UHGV virus genome: UHGV-0340572
Length of the DNA stretch: 16,100 nt
Strand: one strand, 5' to 3'
DNA from: a virus
Positions within the stretch are counted from its first letter, which is position 1; each line of letters begins with the position of its first letter. Positions 1 to 10,117 of the stretch are shown one piece after another. The notes beneath the pieces were generated by a model. It worked only from the letters and a program-made list of their open reading frames with translations. It was not told where the DNA came from and did no database searches. The position numbers and the translations under genes are program-made.

Positions 1-2
1 CA

Positions 3-245
3 ATGGCAGAGATTATTCCCATGACTGAAGAACAGAAATTCCAGCTAGAGATTTACAAACTGGTCATGAACCAGAACGCAGCCGCAGAGGAAGCATTTCA
101 GTTCATTGGCACTGACGAACTGAAGCTTGAGCTATTCAAAATTCACTTCCAGTCAGGCGGCGCTAATTCAGATATCACGACCCGCACTATCGAAGCGGTG
201 CGTAAATCGAAGGAAGCGTTAGACCTGTTCACTACCGGAGCATGA
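3..245 (+). CDS. hypothetical small protein, 80 aa as read; may be 5'-truncated by the window edge
   Basis: ATG at 3 with only 2 nt upstream, so the true start cannot be seen. Its TGA stop (243-245) lies 1 nt before the ATG of the next ORF, suggesting co-transcription and translational coupling. Charged, helix-like composition; no family recognised. Confidence 0.45.
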   Translation: MAEIIPMTEEQKFQLEIYKLVMNQNAAAEEAFQFIGTDELKLELFKIHFQSGGANSDITTRTIEAVRKSKEALDLFTTGA

Positions 246-246
246 T

Positions 247-735
247 ATGACCACTATTGCATGGGATGGAAAGACCCTGGCATCTGACACCCAGGCATCA
301 TCTGGTGATGTTGTGTGTTCGTATACAGAACAAAAGATTTACACACCGCCAGAATCTGGGTGGGAGGTTTGCGGCAGTAAAGTGGTTGCATTAGGTTGTT
401 CTGGTGATTGCGGCGCTGAGATGGAATTGCAGGAACTGCTTAAGAATAACCTGACGTATGCATCAGAATTTCTCCCGACATTCTCTTTCACAGCGCTTGC
501 TATCATTGGTGCTGGTCGTGCTTACATCATCTCAAAAGAGAAAGGCGAAACGCGGGCGAGTATTTCGCTACAGGTTGAACCTTACGCCATTGGTAGTGGT
601 GGGCTGATTGCTCGCACTGCCATGCACTGTGGCAAAAATGCGAGAGAAGCGGTACAAGTCGCAATTGATCTTGACTGCTATTCCGGCGGCAGTGTTGATT
701 CGTTCCCCGCTGGGAAGCAAACAGAAGGGAAATAA
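247..735 (+). CDS. proteasome beta / HslV-like N-terminal-nucleophile (Ntn) hydrolase family protein, 162 aa
   Basis: Translation begins [20 protein letters not shown], matching the Thr1...D17 N-terminal motif of proteasome beta/HslV subunits; a Lys in QKIY sits at the equivalent of HslV Lys33; C-terminal AIGSGG matches the conserved GSGG loop (HslV has AIGSGG). RBS GGAG at 237-240, 6 nt before the ATG. Comparison is from memory of E. coli HslV and proteasome beta sequences. Confidence 0.65.
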   Translation: MTTIAWDGKTLASDTQASSGDVVCSYTEQKIYTPPESGWEVCGSKVVALGCSGDCGAEMELQELLKNNLTYASEFLPTFSFTALAIIGAGRAYIISKEKGETRASISLQVEPYAIGSGGLIARTAMHCGKNAREAVQVAIDLDCYSGGSVDSFPAGKQTEGK

Positions 736-740
736 TCAAT

Positions 741-1229
741 ATGGCAGCACCAAAGGGCAACCGATTTTGGGAGGCCCGCAGTAGTCATGGGCGAAATCCT
801 AAATTCGAATCGCCTGAGGCGCTGTGGGCTGCTTGTTGTGAATACTTCGAGTGGGCTGATGATAACCCACTATGGGAGGGTAAGGTATTTTCATATCAGG
901 GAGAAATAATTAAGGCTAATGTCCCTAAGATGCGAGCCATGACTATTTCAGGATTGTGTACCTTCCTTGATATCACCAGGCAAACATGGGGAACCTTCCG
1001 GTCAATGGAAGGTTTTTCTGACGTCACATCACGAGCGGAAGACATCATCTACGACCAGAAATTCTCTGGCGCAGCCGCTGACCTTCTCAACGCTAACATC
1101 ATCGCCCGTGATTTGGGCCTTAAAGAGCAGTCGCAAGTTGAAGACGTGACACCTGATAAGGGAGATCGCGATAAGCGGCGCTCTCGTATCAAGGAGCTAT
1201 TCAACCGTGGAACTGGACGCGATTCTTGA
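741..1229 (+). CDS. 3: terminase small subunit (P22 gp3-like), 162 aa
   Basis: Translation [38 protein letters not shown]... and C-terminus ...[16 protein letters not shown] match my recollection of P22 gp3 (162 aa); sits immediately upstream of and overlapping the large terminase gene. Confidence 0.92.
   Translation: MAAPKGNRFWEARSSHGRNPKFESPEALWAACCEYFEWADDNPLWEGKVFSYQGEIIKANVPKMRAMTISGLCTFLDITRQTWGTFRSMEGFSDVTSRAEDIIYDQKFSGAAADLLNANIIARDLGLKEQSQVEDVTPDKGDRDKRRSRIKELFNRGTGRDS
1008..1029 (+). other. candidate pac (packaging initiation) site inside the terminase small subunit gene
   Basis: GAAGGTTTTTCTGACGTCACAT, encoding EGFSDVT, lies at the same codon position (about 89-96) as the 22-bp P22 pac site, which I recall as GAAGACTTATCTGAGGTCGTTA encoding EDLSEVV; 14 of 22 positions are identical. 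Contains the perfect 8-bp palindrome TGACGTCA at 1019-1026. Confidence 0.45.
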
Positions 1230-2706
1230 TAACCTGAGCGACGAAGAGCAAATCGAATTGCTCGAGCTACTCGAAGAAGAAGAGAACTACCGGAACACAC
1301 ACCTGCTATATGAATTTACGCCATACAGCAAACAGCGTGAGTTCATCGACGCCGGGCATGACTATCCAGAGCGCTGTTTTATGGCTGGTAACCAGCTTGG
1401 TAAGTCATTTACTGGTGCTGCTGAAGTCGCGTTTCACCTTACCGGGCGTTATCCGGGCACAAAAGGCTATCCTGCTGATGGTAAATATGGCGGTGAGTGG
1501 AAAGGTAAGCGTTTCTATGAGCCTGTTGTCTTCTGGATTGGTGGAGAGACAAACGAGACTGTAACCAAAACGACTCAACGCATCCTGTGCGGTCGTATCG
1601 AAGAGAATGATGAGCCTGGCTACGGTTCCATACCGAAAGAAGACATCATTAGCTGGAAGAAGTCTCCTTTCTTTCCGAACCTTGTTGATCATCTTCTGGT
1701 TAAGCATCACACGGCTGATGGCGTTGAAGATGGCATTTCAATCTGCTACTTCAAACCATACTCGCAAGGCCGTGCTCGCTGGCAGGGTGACACAATCCAC
1801 GGCGTGTGGTTTGACGAAGAACCACCATATAGCATATATGGTGAAGGCCTTACCCGTACCAACAAATACGGGCAATTCTCAATTCTGACGTTTACCCCTC
1901 TGATGGGGATGTCTGACGTTGTTACCAAGTTCCTGAAGAATCCCAGCAAGTCGCAGAAAGTGGTCAACATGACCATCTACGACGCTGAGCACTATACCGA
2001 CGAGCAGAAAGAGCAAATCATCGCATCTTATCCTGAGCATGAGAGAGAGGCGCGTGCTCGCGGTATTCCTACGATGGGTAGTGGTCGAATCTTCCAGATA
2101 CCGGAAGAGACGATTAAGTGTCAGCCGTTCGAGTGCCCTGATCACTTCTACGTAATTGGCGGGATGGATTTCGGATGGGATCACCCACAGGCGCAGGTTC
2201 AGCTTTGGTGGGATAAGGACGCAGACACAATCTACGTTTCACGCGTGTGGAAGGCGAAAGAAAAAACAGCTGTTCAGGCATGGGGAGCTGTTAAATCATG
2301 GGCGCATAAAGTGCCAACCGCATGGCCTCATGACGGAAACCAGCACGAGAAGGGCGGCGGTGAGCAGCTCAAAGGGCAGTATGCAGACGCTGGATTTATG
2401 ATGTTGCAGGATCATGCGACATGGCCTGATGGCGGTAATGCTGTTGAGCCTGGAATCACTGAATTGCGCGACATGATGCTTGATGGTCGCTTCAAAGTAT
2501 TCAACACCTGTGAGCCATTCTTTGAGGAGTTCCGCCTCTATCACCGTGATGAAAACGGGAAAATCGTCAAGCTTAACGACGACGTGCTATCCGCCGTTCG
2601 CTATGCATACATGATGCGCCGCTTCGCAAAAATGATGCGCGACATCAAAAAACCAAAAGAGAAAAAGATACCAGCCCCAATCAGGCCCATCGCACGGAGA
2701 ACTTAA
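1207..2706 (+). CDS. 2: terminase large subunit (P22 gp2-like), 499 aa
   Basis: Long ORF whose length matches P22 gp2 (499 aa). The start as given by the ORF track is a GTG at 1207, overlapping the end of gene 3 by 23 nt; no in-frame ATG occurs for about 58 codons downstream. Confidence 0.93.
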   Translation: MELDAILDNLSDEEQIELLELLEEEENYRNTHLLYEFTPYSKQREFIDAGHDYPERCFMAGNQLGKSFTGAAEVAFHLTGRYPGTKGYPADGKYGGEWKGKRFYEPVVFWIGGETNETVTKTTQRILCGRIEENDEPGYGSIPKEDIISWKKSPFFPNLVDHLLVKHHTADGVEDGISICYFKPYSQGRARWQGDTIHGVWFDEEPPYSIYGEGLTRTNKYGQFSILTFTPLMGMSDVVTKFLKNPSKSQKVVNMTIYDAEHYTDEQKEQIIASYPEHEREARARGIPTMGSGRIFQIPEETIKCQPFECPDHFYVIGGMDFGWDHPQAQVQLWWDKDADTIYVSRVWKAKEKTAVQAWGAVKSWAHKVPTAWPHDGNQHEKGGGEQLKGQYADAGFMMLQDHATWPDGGNAVEPGITELRDMMLDGRFKVFNTCEPFFEEFRLYHRDENGKIVKLNDDVLSAVRYAYMMRRFAKMMRDIKKPKEKKIPAPIRPIARRT

Positions 2707-4872
2707 ATGGCCGACGAAAACAGACTCAATTCCATTCTGTGTAAGTTTGACGCAGACTGGATGGCGAGCGATGAAGCCAGAACCGAGGCGACAAATGACC
2801 TGTATTTTAGCCGAGTGTCGCAATGGGATGACTGGCTATCAAACTACACCACCCTGCAATATCGCGGACAATTTGATGTTGTTCGCCCGGTGGTCAGGAA
2901 GCTGGTCGCAGAGATGCGCCGGAACCCTATCGACGTTCTATTCAGACCAAAAGACGGAGCTAATCCTGATGCTGCCGATGTGCTGATGGGGATGTATCGT
3001 ACTGATATGCGCCATAACACGGCAAAAATTGCCGTTAACGTTGGCGTTCGTGAGCAGATAGAGTCTGGCGTTGGCGCATGGCGTCTGGTCACGCAGTACG
3101 AAGACAACGACCCAACAAGCAACAATCAGGTAATCCGACGCCTTCCAATCCATGAAGCCTGCTCACACGTCATATGGGACGCCAACAGCAAGCAGATGGA
3201 TAAGAGCGACGCTAAGCACTGCACGGTGATTAACGCCTTGTCACGCAATGGCTGGAAAGAGTTCGCAGAGGATTACGGTATTGATCCGGATACCTTGCCA
3301 TCTTTCCAGAATCCGAACGATACATGGCTGTTTCCGTGGGTATCGAATGATGTCGTCTACGTCGCTGAGTATTACGAGGTAGAAGAGAAGAAGGAGAAAG
3401 TCTTCATCTACCGCGACCCGCTGACAGGTGAGCCGGTCAGCTATTACCAGCAGGATATCAAAGACGTCATCGACGACCTGGCTAATCGTGGATTCATTAA
3501 GGTAGCAGAGCGTAAGGTCAAGCGTCGGCGTGTGTATAAGTCGATCATCACCTGCACGCAGATACTGAAAGACCGCGAGAAGATAGCCGGAGAGCATATC
3601 CCAATCGTTCCTGTGTACGGCGAATGGTCATTCGCTGGTGACAAGGAGTGCTACGAAGGTGTGGTAAGGCTGACGAAAGACGGTCAACGCCTTCGTAACA
3701 TGATCATGTCATTCAACGCCGATATTGTTGCTCGTTCACCGAAGAAGAAACCGACCTTCTTTCCTGAGCAAATCGAAGGCTACGAATACATGTACGGTGG
3801 AAATGATGACTATCCGTACTATTTGCAGAACAAGACCGATGAAAACGGTAATGACCTGCCGATTGGTCCAATCTCCTACATGGAAAACCCTGAAGTGCCG
3901 CAAGCCAACGCTTACATGCTTGAGGCTGCCACCAACGCAGTGAAAGAGGTGGCTAGTCTTGGCGTGGATGCGCAGGCGGCAAATGGTCAGGTCGCTTTCG
4001 ATACCGTCAATCAACTGAACATGCGGGCAGACCTTGAGACATACGTGTTTCAGGATAACCTGGCTACCGCAATGCGACGTGATGGCGAGATTTATGCCTC
4101 AATGGTCAATGATATTTATGACGTTCCTCGTCATGTAACGCTGACACTTGAAGATGGAAGCGAGAAAGACGTTCAACTCTATGCGCAAGTTGTCGATTAC
4201 CAGTCCGGCAATGTGGTCACACTCAACGACATTCGCGGTCGCTATGAGTGCTATACAGACGTTGGACCATCCTTCCAGAGCATGAAGGAACAGAATCGCG
4301 CAGAGATTCAGGAGTTGCTAACAAAGGTTCCGCAAGGTACTCCAGAGTTCCAGATGCTGATGCTGCAATACTTCACGCTGCTTGACGGTAAAGGCGTCGA
4401 GATGATGCGAGAGTACGCGAACAAGCAACTGGTGATGATGGGGCTGAAGAAACCAGAAACACCTGAAGAGATGGAGATGGTACAGCAGGCTCAACAGCAG
4501 CCGCAGCAGCCATCAGCAGAGCAAATTCAGGCTCAGGGTATCCTTCTGCAAGGTCAGGCTGAATTGCTCAAGGCAGAGAACCAACAGGCGCAGATTCAGG
4601 TTGAAGCCGCCAAGGTTGAAGCCCAAAACCAACTCAACGCCGCGAAGATTGCAGAAATCTTCAACAATATGGACCTCGACAAGCAGGCAGAACTGCGTGA
4701 GTACCTCAAGCTCGTAGGTCAATTCCAGCAACAGCGCAGCAAAGACGCTCGCGCTAACGCTGAGCTGCTTCTTAAAGATGCAGACCAGACTCATTCACAA
4801 CGCATGGATTTCGCGAATCTTATGCGTCAAGTTCAAATCCCCTCCGGCGGAGTAGCCGAGACACCTCAATAA
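2707..4872 (+). CDS. 1: portal protein (P22 gp1-like), 721 aa
   Basis: ATG directly follows the TAA stop of gene 2. Size (721 aa vs about 725 in P22), N-terminus [28 protein letters not shown] and a Gln-rich helical C-terminal extension are typical of the P22 portal. Confidence 0.93.
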   Translation: MADENRLNSILCKFDADWMASDEARTEATNDLYFSRVSQWDDWLSNYTTLQYRGQFDVVRPVVRKLVAEMRRNPIDVLFRPKDGANPDAADVLMGMYRTDMRHNTAKIAVNVGVREQIESGVGAWRLVTQYEDNDPTSNNQVIRRLPIHEACSHVIWDANSKQMDKSDAKHCTVINALSRNGWKEFAEDYGIDPDTLPSFQNPNDTWLFPWVSNDVVYVAEYYEVEEKKEKVFIYRDPLTGEPVSYYQQDIKDVIDDLANRGFIKVAERKVKRRRVYKSIITCTQILKDREKIAGEHIPIVPVYGEWSFAGDKECYEGVVRLTKDGQRLRNMIMSFNADIVARSPKKKPTFFPEQIEGYEYMYGGNDDYPYYLQNKTDENGNDLPIGPISYMENPEVPQANAYMLEAATNAVKEVASLGVDAQAANGQVAFDTVNQLNMRADLETYVFQDNLATAMRRDGEIYASMVNDIYDVPRHVTLTLEDGSEKDVQLYAQVVDYQSGNVVTLNDIRGRYECYTDVGPSFQSMKEQNRAEIQELLTKVPQGTPEFQMLMLQYFTLLDGKGVEMMREYANKQLVMMGLKKPETPEEMEMVQQAQQQPQQPSAEQIQAQGILLQGQAELLKAENQQAQIQVEAAKVEAQNQLNAAKIAEIFNNMDLDKQAELREYLKLVGQFQQQRSKDARANAELLLKDADQTHSQRMDFANLMRQVQIPSGGVAETPQ

Positions 4873-4885
4873 GAGAGAGTTAACC

Positions 4886-5797
4886 ATGGACCAAACCACC
4901 GACATTCAGGCTTCTGAAGAATTAACCCTGCCCGGCAATCATGCAGCGGCATCTGCTGATGGCTTAGTTGTCGATAATGCCAACGACAACGCAGGTCAGG
5001 AAGAAGGCTTCGAGATTGTCCTGAAAGACGATGAGAAACCAAAACAAGACCCGGCAACTAATGCTGAATTTGCCCGTCGCCGCATCGAACGCAAACGCCA
5101 GCGTGAGCTTGAGCAACAGATGGAAGCGGTTAAGCGGGGAGAGTTGCCGGAGCACCTGCGGGTGAACCCTGAGTTACCAAAACAACCAGACCCTAACGAT
5201 TATCTTTCCGAAGACGCACTGGCTAAGTACGACTATGACCAGAGCCGCGCACTGGCTGCCTTCCAGCAGGCAAATAGTGAATGGCAGATCAAGGCTATGG
5301 ACGCACGAAGCCAGGCTGTCGCCGAGCAGGGTCGCAAAACTCAGGAGTTCACCCAGCAATCAGCGCAATATGTCGAGGCAGCCCGTAAGCACTACGACGC
5401 AGCGGAAAAGCTCAATATCCCTGACTATCAGGAGAAAGAGGATGCATTCATGCAACTGGTGCCGCCAGCAGTCGGTGCCGACATCATGCGCCTCTTCCCG
5501 GAGAAATCCGCTGCTCTCATGTATCACCTTGGTGCTAATCCTGAGAAAACACGCCAGTTGCTGGCGATGGACGGGCAATCCGCGCTGATTGAACTCACTC
5601 GACTGTCAGAACGTTTAACTCTCAAGCCTCGAGCCAAGCCTGTTTCAGAAGCCCCGTTACCTGATGAACCCATTCAGGGACACGCTGTTGCTGCAAATAT
5701 CTCTGCGATTGAAAAGCAGATGGAAGCGGCAGCAAACAAAGGGGATGTAGAGACGTACCGCAAGCTCAAGGCGCAACTGAATAAAGGAATTCGATAA
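4886..5797 (+). CDS. 8: scaffolding protein (P22 gp8-like), 303 aa
   Basis: 303 aa, the same length as P22 gp8; highly charged, helical composition; positioned between portal and coat; its stop overlaps the coat start (TAATG). Confidence 0.88.
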   Translation: MDQTTDIQASEELTLPGNHAAASADGLVVDNANDNAGQEEGFEIVLKDDEKPKQDPATNAEFARRRIERKRQRELEQQMEAVKRGELPEHLRVNPELPKQPDPNDYLSEDALAKYDYDQSRALAAFQQANSEWQIKAMDARSQAVAEQGRKTQEFTQQSAQYVEAARKHYDAAEKLNIPDYQEKEDAFMQLVPPAVGADIMRLFPEKSAALMYHLGANPEKTRQLLAMDGQSALIELTRLSERLTLKPRAKPVSEAPLPDEPIQGHAVAANISAIEKQMEAAANKGDVETYRKLKAQLNKGIR

Positions 5798-7092
5798 TGG
5801 CATTAAATGAAGGTCAACTGGTCACGTATGCTCTGGATGAAATCATCGAAACCGTCCAGAACCTGACGCCAATGGCGTCCAAAGTGACAAAATACACCCC
5901 TCCGGCAGAATCCATGCAGCGTTCAAGCAACACCGTGTGGATGCCTGTTGAGCAGGAAGCGCCAACCCAGACTGGCTGGGATTTAACTGGCAAAGCAACC
6001 GGGATTCTGGAGCTCTCCGTGAAATGCAACATGGGCGATCCGGATAACGATTTCTTCGAGCTTCGTGCAGATGACCTGCGTGATGAGCGTTCTTACCGTC
6101 GCCGCATCCAGGCATCCGCCAAAAAACTGGCGAATAACATTGAGTCAGCGATTGCCAAACAGGCAACTGAAATGGGCTCGCTTGTTGTTCACGATACCCG
6201 CGCAATTGGTCCATCTACTGGCCTGTCTGGCTGGGATTTTGTGTCTGATGCAGAGCGCCTGATGTTCTCCCGTGAGCTAAACCGCGACATGGGCATCAGT
6301 TACTTCCTGAACCCTGACGATTACCGCAAAGCAGGCCGCAATCTTGTAGATGGTGACATCTTCGGGCGCGTTCCTGAAGAAGCGTATCGCAACGGTACTA
6401 TTCAGCGTCAGATTGCTGGCTTTGATGAAATTCTTCGCTCACCGAAACTTCCGGCAGTTACCAAGTCAACCGCTACTGGTGTAACTGTTTCTGGTGCGCA
6501 GAAGTTTAAGCCCCAGGCATACACTCTTGATACCGATGGTAACAAAGAGAACGTTGACAACCGTGTTGCAACGGTGACCGTATCCTCCACCACCGGATTT
6601 AAGCGCGGCGACAAAATCAGCTTCACTGGTGTGAAATTCCTGTCTCAGATGGCGAAGAACGTGCTAACTGATGATGCGACTTTCTCAATCACCCGTGTGA
6701 TCGATAGTACTCACATCGAAATCACGCCGAAGCCGATTGCACTTGATGACGCGTCACTGACAAAAGAAGAGAAGGCTTACGCTAACGTAAACACCTCTCT
6801 TGCTGATACCACTCCGGTAAACGTTCTGAACGTGGCAACAACCACCGCTAACGTGTTCTGGGCTGATGACTCAATCCGCCTGCTGTCTCAGCCGATCCCG
6901 GTAACCCATGAACTGTTTGCTGGTATGAAAACGTCTTCCTTCAGCATTCCTGGCATTGGTGTTAACGGCATCTTCGCAACGCAGGGCGATATCAACACTC
7001 TGTCTGGTAAGTGCCGTATTGCTGTGTGGTATTCAGCATGTGCTGTACGACCAGAGGCAATTGGTGTTGGTCTGCCTAACCAGACTGCGTGA
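5797..7092 (+). CDS. 5: major coat protein (P22 gp5-like), 431 aa
   Basis: N-terminus [25 protein letters not shown] and size match P22 coat protein (about 430 aa); RBS AAAGGA upstream; followed by a strong terminator. Confidence 0.93.
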   Translation: MALNEGQLVTYALDEIIETVQNLTPMASKVTKYTPPAESMQRSSNTVWMPVEQEAPTQTGWDLTGKATGILELSVKCNMGDPDNDFFELRADDLRDERSYRRRIQASAKKLANNIESAIAKQATEMGSLVVHDTRAIGPSTGLSGWDFVSDAERLMFSRELNRDMGISYFLNPDDYRKAGRNLVDGDIFGRVPEEAYRNGTIQRQIAGFDEILRSPKLPAVTKSTATGVTVSGAQKFKPQAYTLDTDGNKENVDNRVATVTVSSTTGFKRGDKISFTGVKFLSQMAKNVLTDDATFSITRVIDSTHIEITPKPIALDDASLTKEEKAYANVNTSLADTTPVNVLNVATTTANVFWADDSIRLLSQPIPVTHELFAGMKTSSFSIPGIGVNGIFATQGDINTLSGKCRIAVWYSACAVRPEAIGVGLPNQTA

Positions 7093-7097
7093 TAACC

Positions 7098-7122
7098 AGA
7101 GGGAGCTTCGGCTCCCTTTTTT
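7098..7122 (+). terminator. rho-independent terminator downstream of the coat gene
   Basis: GGGAGC (7101-7106), loop TTCG, GCTCCC (7111-7116), then TTTTTT (7117-7122); the stem can extend by flanking A/T pairs. GC-rich stem with a UUCG tetraloop and a U-tract, 6 nt after the coat stop codon. Confidence 0.75.
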
Positions 7123-7136
7123 ATCTGGAGACAAGC

Positions 7137-7373
7137 ATGACACACATGATATTTCGTCATGGCGACATGAAGAAATGGAAAGGCGTTGGATACGACTTTG
7201 AAATCGTGAAAGCCGAAGAGCTTCAGGAATATCTGGATGCTGGCTGGTTTGCACATCCTGATGATCTTCTGAAGGATGTTGCAGAGCCAGAGCCAGAGCC
7301 AGAAGAAAAACAGCGTAAAAAGCCTGGTCGAAAACCTAAGGCGGCAGCAGATGAACCTGACAACGAAGGGTGA
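7137..7373 (+). CDS. small hypothetical protein (78 aa) between coat and gp4, with an acidic EPEPEPE repeat and a basic KKPGRKPK tail
   Basis: ATG at 7137 preceded by GGAG (7127-7130) with a 6-nt spacer, placed just after the terminator. The track ORF 7089-7373 extends upstream across the terminator and is unlikely to be the true start. The 3' end overlaps the gp4 start by 23 nt. A small ORF at this position is, as far as I recall, present in P22 too, but I cannot confirm identity. Confidence 0.5.
   Translation: MTHMIFRHGDMKKWKGVGYDFEIVKAEELQEYLDAGWFAHPDDLLKDVAEPEPEPEEKQRKKPGRKPKAAADEPDNEG
7282..7305 (+). repeat. hexanucleotide tandem repeat, (CAGAGC)x3 plus a degenerate fourth unit
   Basis: CAGAGCCAGAGCCAGAGCCAGAAG read directly; encodes the EPEPEPE stretch of the small ORF. 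Confidence 0.8.
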
Positions 7374-7851
7374 TTTAGTTCTTGCGGCATTACGTAAGCT
7401 CGGTGTGGCATCAAATGCCACGTTAACCGATGTCGAACCTCAGTCCATGGAAGACGGCGTCAACGACCTTGAAATGATGATGGCTGAATGGCTTGGCGGT
7501 GATGCGTCACCTGGTATCAACGTTGGCTACATTTTTGCTGATGCAGATGTCGCTCCGGATCCGGGCGATGAGCACGGTTTATCAAATAACGCTATCAATG
7601 CCGTCATTTTCAACCTTGCCTGCCGAATTGCTCCAGATTATGCGCTGGAAGCGTCTGCAAAACTTATAACCACTGCCAGATACGGGAAAGAGCGACTCGT
7701 CAAACTGTCTGCAATGGACAGAGCAAAAGCCGCAAAATGTAAGTCCGGTTATCCAAATCGTATGCCTGTTGGCAGTGGAAACCAGTTGGCGAAGTGGAAC
7801 GGTTGGAATTACTTCCACCGAAAGGAACCTTGCGATAACGGGAGCGAATAA
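7351..7851 (+). CDS. 4: portal-closure / head-completion protein (P22 gp4-like), 166 aa
   Basis: The track ORF starts at 7276, but the ATG at 7351 ([36 protein letters not shown]...) gives 166 aa, matching P22 gp4 length and the N-terminal region I recall. The 7276 ATG has GAAGG directly abutting it with no spacer. Confidence 0.85.
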   Translation: MNLTTKGDLVLAALRKLGVASNATLTDVEPQSMEDGVNDLEMMMAEWLGGDASPGINVGYIFADADVAPDPGDEHGLSNNAINAVIFNLACRIAPDYALEASAKLITTARYGKERLVKLSAMDRAKAAKCKSGYPNRMPVGSGNQLAKWNGWNYFHRKEPCDNGSE

Positions 7852-9269
7852 TGCCGATTCAGCAACTTCCGCTTATGAAAGGTGTCGGCAAAGACTTTCG
7901 AAACGCCGACTATATCGACTATCTGCCAGTGAATATGTTGGCTACACCAAAAGAAATCCTGAACAGCAGCGGATATCTTCGCTCATTCCCGGGCATTGCC
8001 AAACGTTCTGATGTAAACGGCGTATCGCGCGGAGTCGAGTACAACATGGCGCAGAATGCTGTTTATCGCGTGTGTGGTGGCAAGTTGTATAAGGGCGAAA
8101 GTGAAGTCGGCGATGTTGCCGGAAGTGGTCGTGTATCATTGGCTCATGGTCGGACATCACAGGCTGTAGGCGTTAATGGTCAACTGGTCGAGTATCGCTA
8201 TGATGGCACGGTTAAAACCGTCTCAAACTGGCCTACAGACAGCGGATTCACACAGTACGAGTTAGGCTCAGTCCGCGACATTACGCGCTTACGTGGCCGT
8301 TATGCGTGGTCAAAAGACGGCACTGATTCATGGTTTATCACTGACCTTGAAGACGAATCACATCCTGACCGATACAGCGCACAATATCGCGCAGAATCGC
8401 AGCCTGACGGCATCATCGGCATCGGAACATGGCGAGACTTCATCGTCTGTTTTGGTTCATCTACGATTGAGTATTTTTCCCTGACTGGTGCAACCACCGT
8501 TGGTGCCGCTTTGTATGTCGCCCAGCCATCGTTGATGGTGCAAAAAGGAATCGCCGGAACCTACTGCAAAACGCAGTTTTCTGATTCCTATGCGTTCATC
8601 AGCAATCCGGCAACAGGTGCTCCGTCTGTATACATCATCGGCTCCGGTCAGGTATCACCAATCGCCAGCGCGAGCATTGAGAAAATACTACGCTCCTACA
8701 CTGCTGATGAACTGGCTGATGGCGTGATGGAATCGTTGCGGTTTGATGCTCATGAGTTGCTGATTATTCACCTGCCGCGCCATGTTCTTGTTTACGACGC
8801 ATCTTCAAGCGCCAATGGTCCGCAATGGTGTGTGTTGAAAACAGGCCTGTATGACGATGTGTACCGCGCTATCGACTTCATTTACGAAGGCAATCAGATA
8901 ACGTGCGGCGATAAGCTGGAGTCCGTGACCGGGAAATTGCAATTCGACATCAGCAGCCAGTACGACAAGCAACAGGAACACCTGCTGTTTACTCCACTGT
9001 TCAAAGCGGATAACGCCAGAGTTTTCGACCTTGAGGTTGAATCGTCAACTGGCGTTGCGCAGTATGCTGACCGCCTTTTTCTCTCTGCAACCACTGACGG
9101 CATCAATTACGGGCGTGAGCAGATGATTGAGCAGAATGAACCGTTCGTTTACGACAAACGCGTTTTGTGGAAGCGAGTAGGGCGCATCAGGAAAAATGTC
9201 GGCTTCAAATTGCGCGTTATCACGAAGTCACCTGTCACTCTGTCTGGCTGCCAGATAAGGATTGAGTAA
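7851..9269 (+). CDS. 10: tail hub protein (P22 gp10-like), 472 aa
   Basis: 472 aa, the same as P22 gp10; start overlaps the gp4 stop (TAATG); conserved gene order 4-10-26. Confidence 0.9.
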   Translation: MPIQQLPLMKGVGKDFRNADYIDYLPVNMLATPKEILNSSGYLRSFPGIAKRSDVNGVSRGVEYNMAQNAVYRVCGGKLYKGESEVGDVAGSGRVSLAHGRTSQAVGVNGQLVEYRYDGTVKTVSNWPTDSGFTQYELGSVRDITRLRGRYAWSKDGTDSWFITDLEDESHPDRYSAQYRAESQPDGIIGIGTWRDFIVCFGSSTIEYFSLTGATTVGAALYVAQPSLMVQKGIAGTYCKTQFSDSYAFISNPATGAPSVYIIGSGQVSPIASASIEKILRSYTADELADGVMESLRFDAHELLIIHLPRHVLVYDASSSANGPQWCVLKTGLYDDVYRAIDFIYEGNQITCGDKLESVTGKLQFDISSQYDKQQEHLLFTPLFKADNARVFDLEVESSTGVAQYADRLFLSATTDGINYGREQMIEQNEPFVYDKRVLWKRVGRIRKNVGFKLRVITKSPVTLSGCQIRIE

Positions 9270-10117
9270 TGGCGGATTCGAATCTCAATGTGCCGGTAAT
9301 CATCCAGGCTACGCGGCTCGACACATCAGTCCTTCCACGCAATATCTTCTCGCAGTCATATCTGCTGTACGTTATCGCACAGGGTACTGATGTTGGTAAC
9401 GTGGCGAACAAGGCCAACGAGGCCGGACAGGGCGCTTATGATGCACAGGTCAGAAACGATGAGCAGGATGTGATTCTCGCTGACCATGAGCAGCGAATTT
9501 CTGCTGCGGAAGCAACGCTTGTTAATCATGAGGAGCGAATCAGCCAGGCAGAATCAACTCTTCAGGAACATGAAACACGAATAGCTCAGAATGAAAGCGA
9601 TATTGCGTCGCTTGATACCAGAGTTCAGTCGCTGGAATCGCAGGTTTCAGACCATGAAACGCGCATCGATGCTCTGAAGTATGCCACTACTCGCAAGAAG
9701 TCAGAGGTTGTTTACTCTGGCGTATCTGTAACCATCCCGACAGCGCCGACCAACCTTGTTAGCCTACTGAAAACGCTCACGCCGTCATCCGGCACGTTGG
9801 CACCATTCTTCGACACCGTTAACAACAAGATGGTTGTGTTCAACGAGAACAAAACCTTGTTCTTCAAGCTGTCGATCGTCGGGACGTGGCCCAGCGGAAC
9901 CGCAAACAGGTCAATGCAGCTAACATTTTCCGGTTCTGTTCCTGACACACTGGTAAGCAGTCGCAACTCGGCGACAACAACCGACAACATCCTGTTAGCT
10001 ACGTTCTTCAGCGTGGATAAAGACGGCTTTCTTGCCACAAATGGCAGTACGTTAACCATTCAGTCAAATGGGGCGGCGTTTACTGCCACAACCATCAAAA
10101 TCATTGCGGAGCAGTGA
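9269..10117 (+). CDS. 26: tail needle protein (gp26-like) with C-terminal knob extension, 282 aa
   Basis: N-terminus [43 protein letters not shown] closely resembles the P22 gp26 N-terminus as I recall it, followed by a coiled-coil segment with repeated HExRI motifs. At 282 aa it is about 50 residues longer than P22 gp26 (233 aa), with a beta-rich C-terminal domain, as in Sf6-type needles. Confidence 0.85.
   Translation: MADSNLNVPVIIQATRLDTSVLPRNIFSQSYLLYVIAQGTDVGNVANKANEAGQGAYDAQVRNDEQDVILADHEQRISAAEATLVNHEERISQAESTLQEHETRIAQNESDIASLDTRVQSLESQVSDHETRIDALKYATTRKKSEVVYSGVSVTIPTAPTNLVSLLKTLTPSSGTLAPFFDTVNNKMVVFNENKTLFFKLSIVGTWPSGTANRSMQLTFSGSVPDTLVSSRNSATTTDNILLATFFSVDKDGFLATNGSTLTIQSNGAAFTATTIKIIAEQ
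9482..9691 (+). repeat. 42-nt (14-codon) periodic repeat in the needle coiled-coil region
   Basis: Units beginning at 9482 (DHEQRIS), 9524 (NHEERIS), 9566 (EHETRIA) and 9650 (DHETRID) are spaced 42, 42 and 84 nt apart; imperfect at the nucleotide level. Confidence 0.55.

Noticed and set aside
1049-4014. Multiple 60-120 aa ORFs on the minus strand or in alternate frames within the terminase and portal genes (e.g. 1049-1300, 1405-1710, 3241-3597, 3736-4014)
   Set aside because: All are nested inside long forward-strand genes with strong P22-like identity; they are shadow ORFs.
4490-4760. CAG/CAA-rich stretch that looks like a simple repeat
   Set aside because: It encodes the Gln-rich helical C-terminal region of the portal protein in frame; it is a compositional feature of the protein, not a repeat element or array.
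7276-7350. Upstream ATG extension of the gp4 ORF (191-aa version)
   Set aside because: The extension encodes low-complexity SQSQSQ from the hexamer repeat and has no spacer between GAAGG and the ATG. The ATG at 7351 gives the 166-aa length expected for gp4.
6888-7421. 177-aa minus-strand ORF spanning the coat 3' end, the terminator and the gp4 start
   Set aside because: Antisense to three well-supported features including the terminator hairpin; no recognisable protein features; typical shadow ORF.
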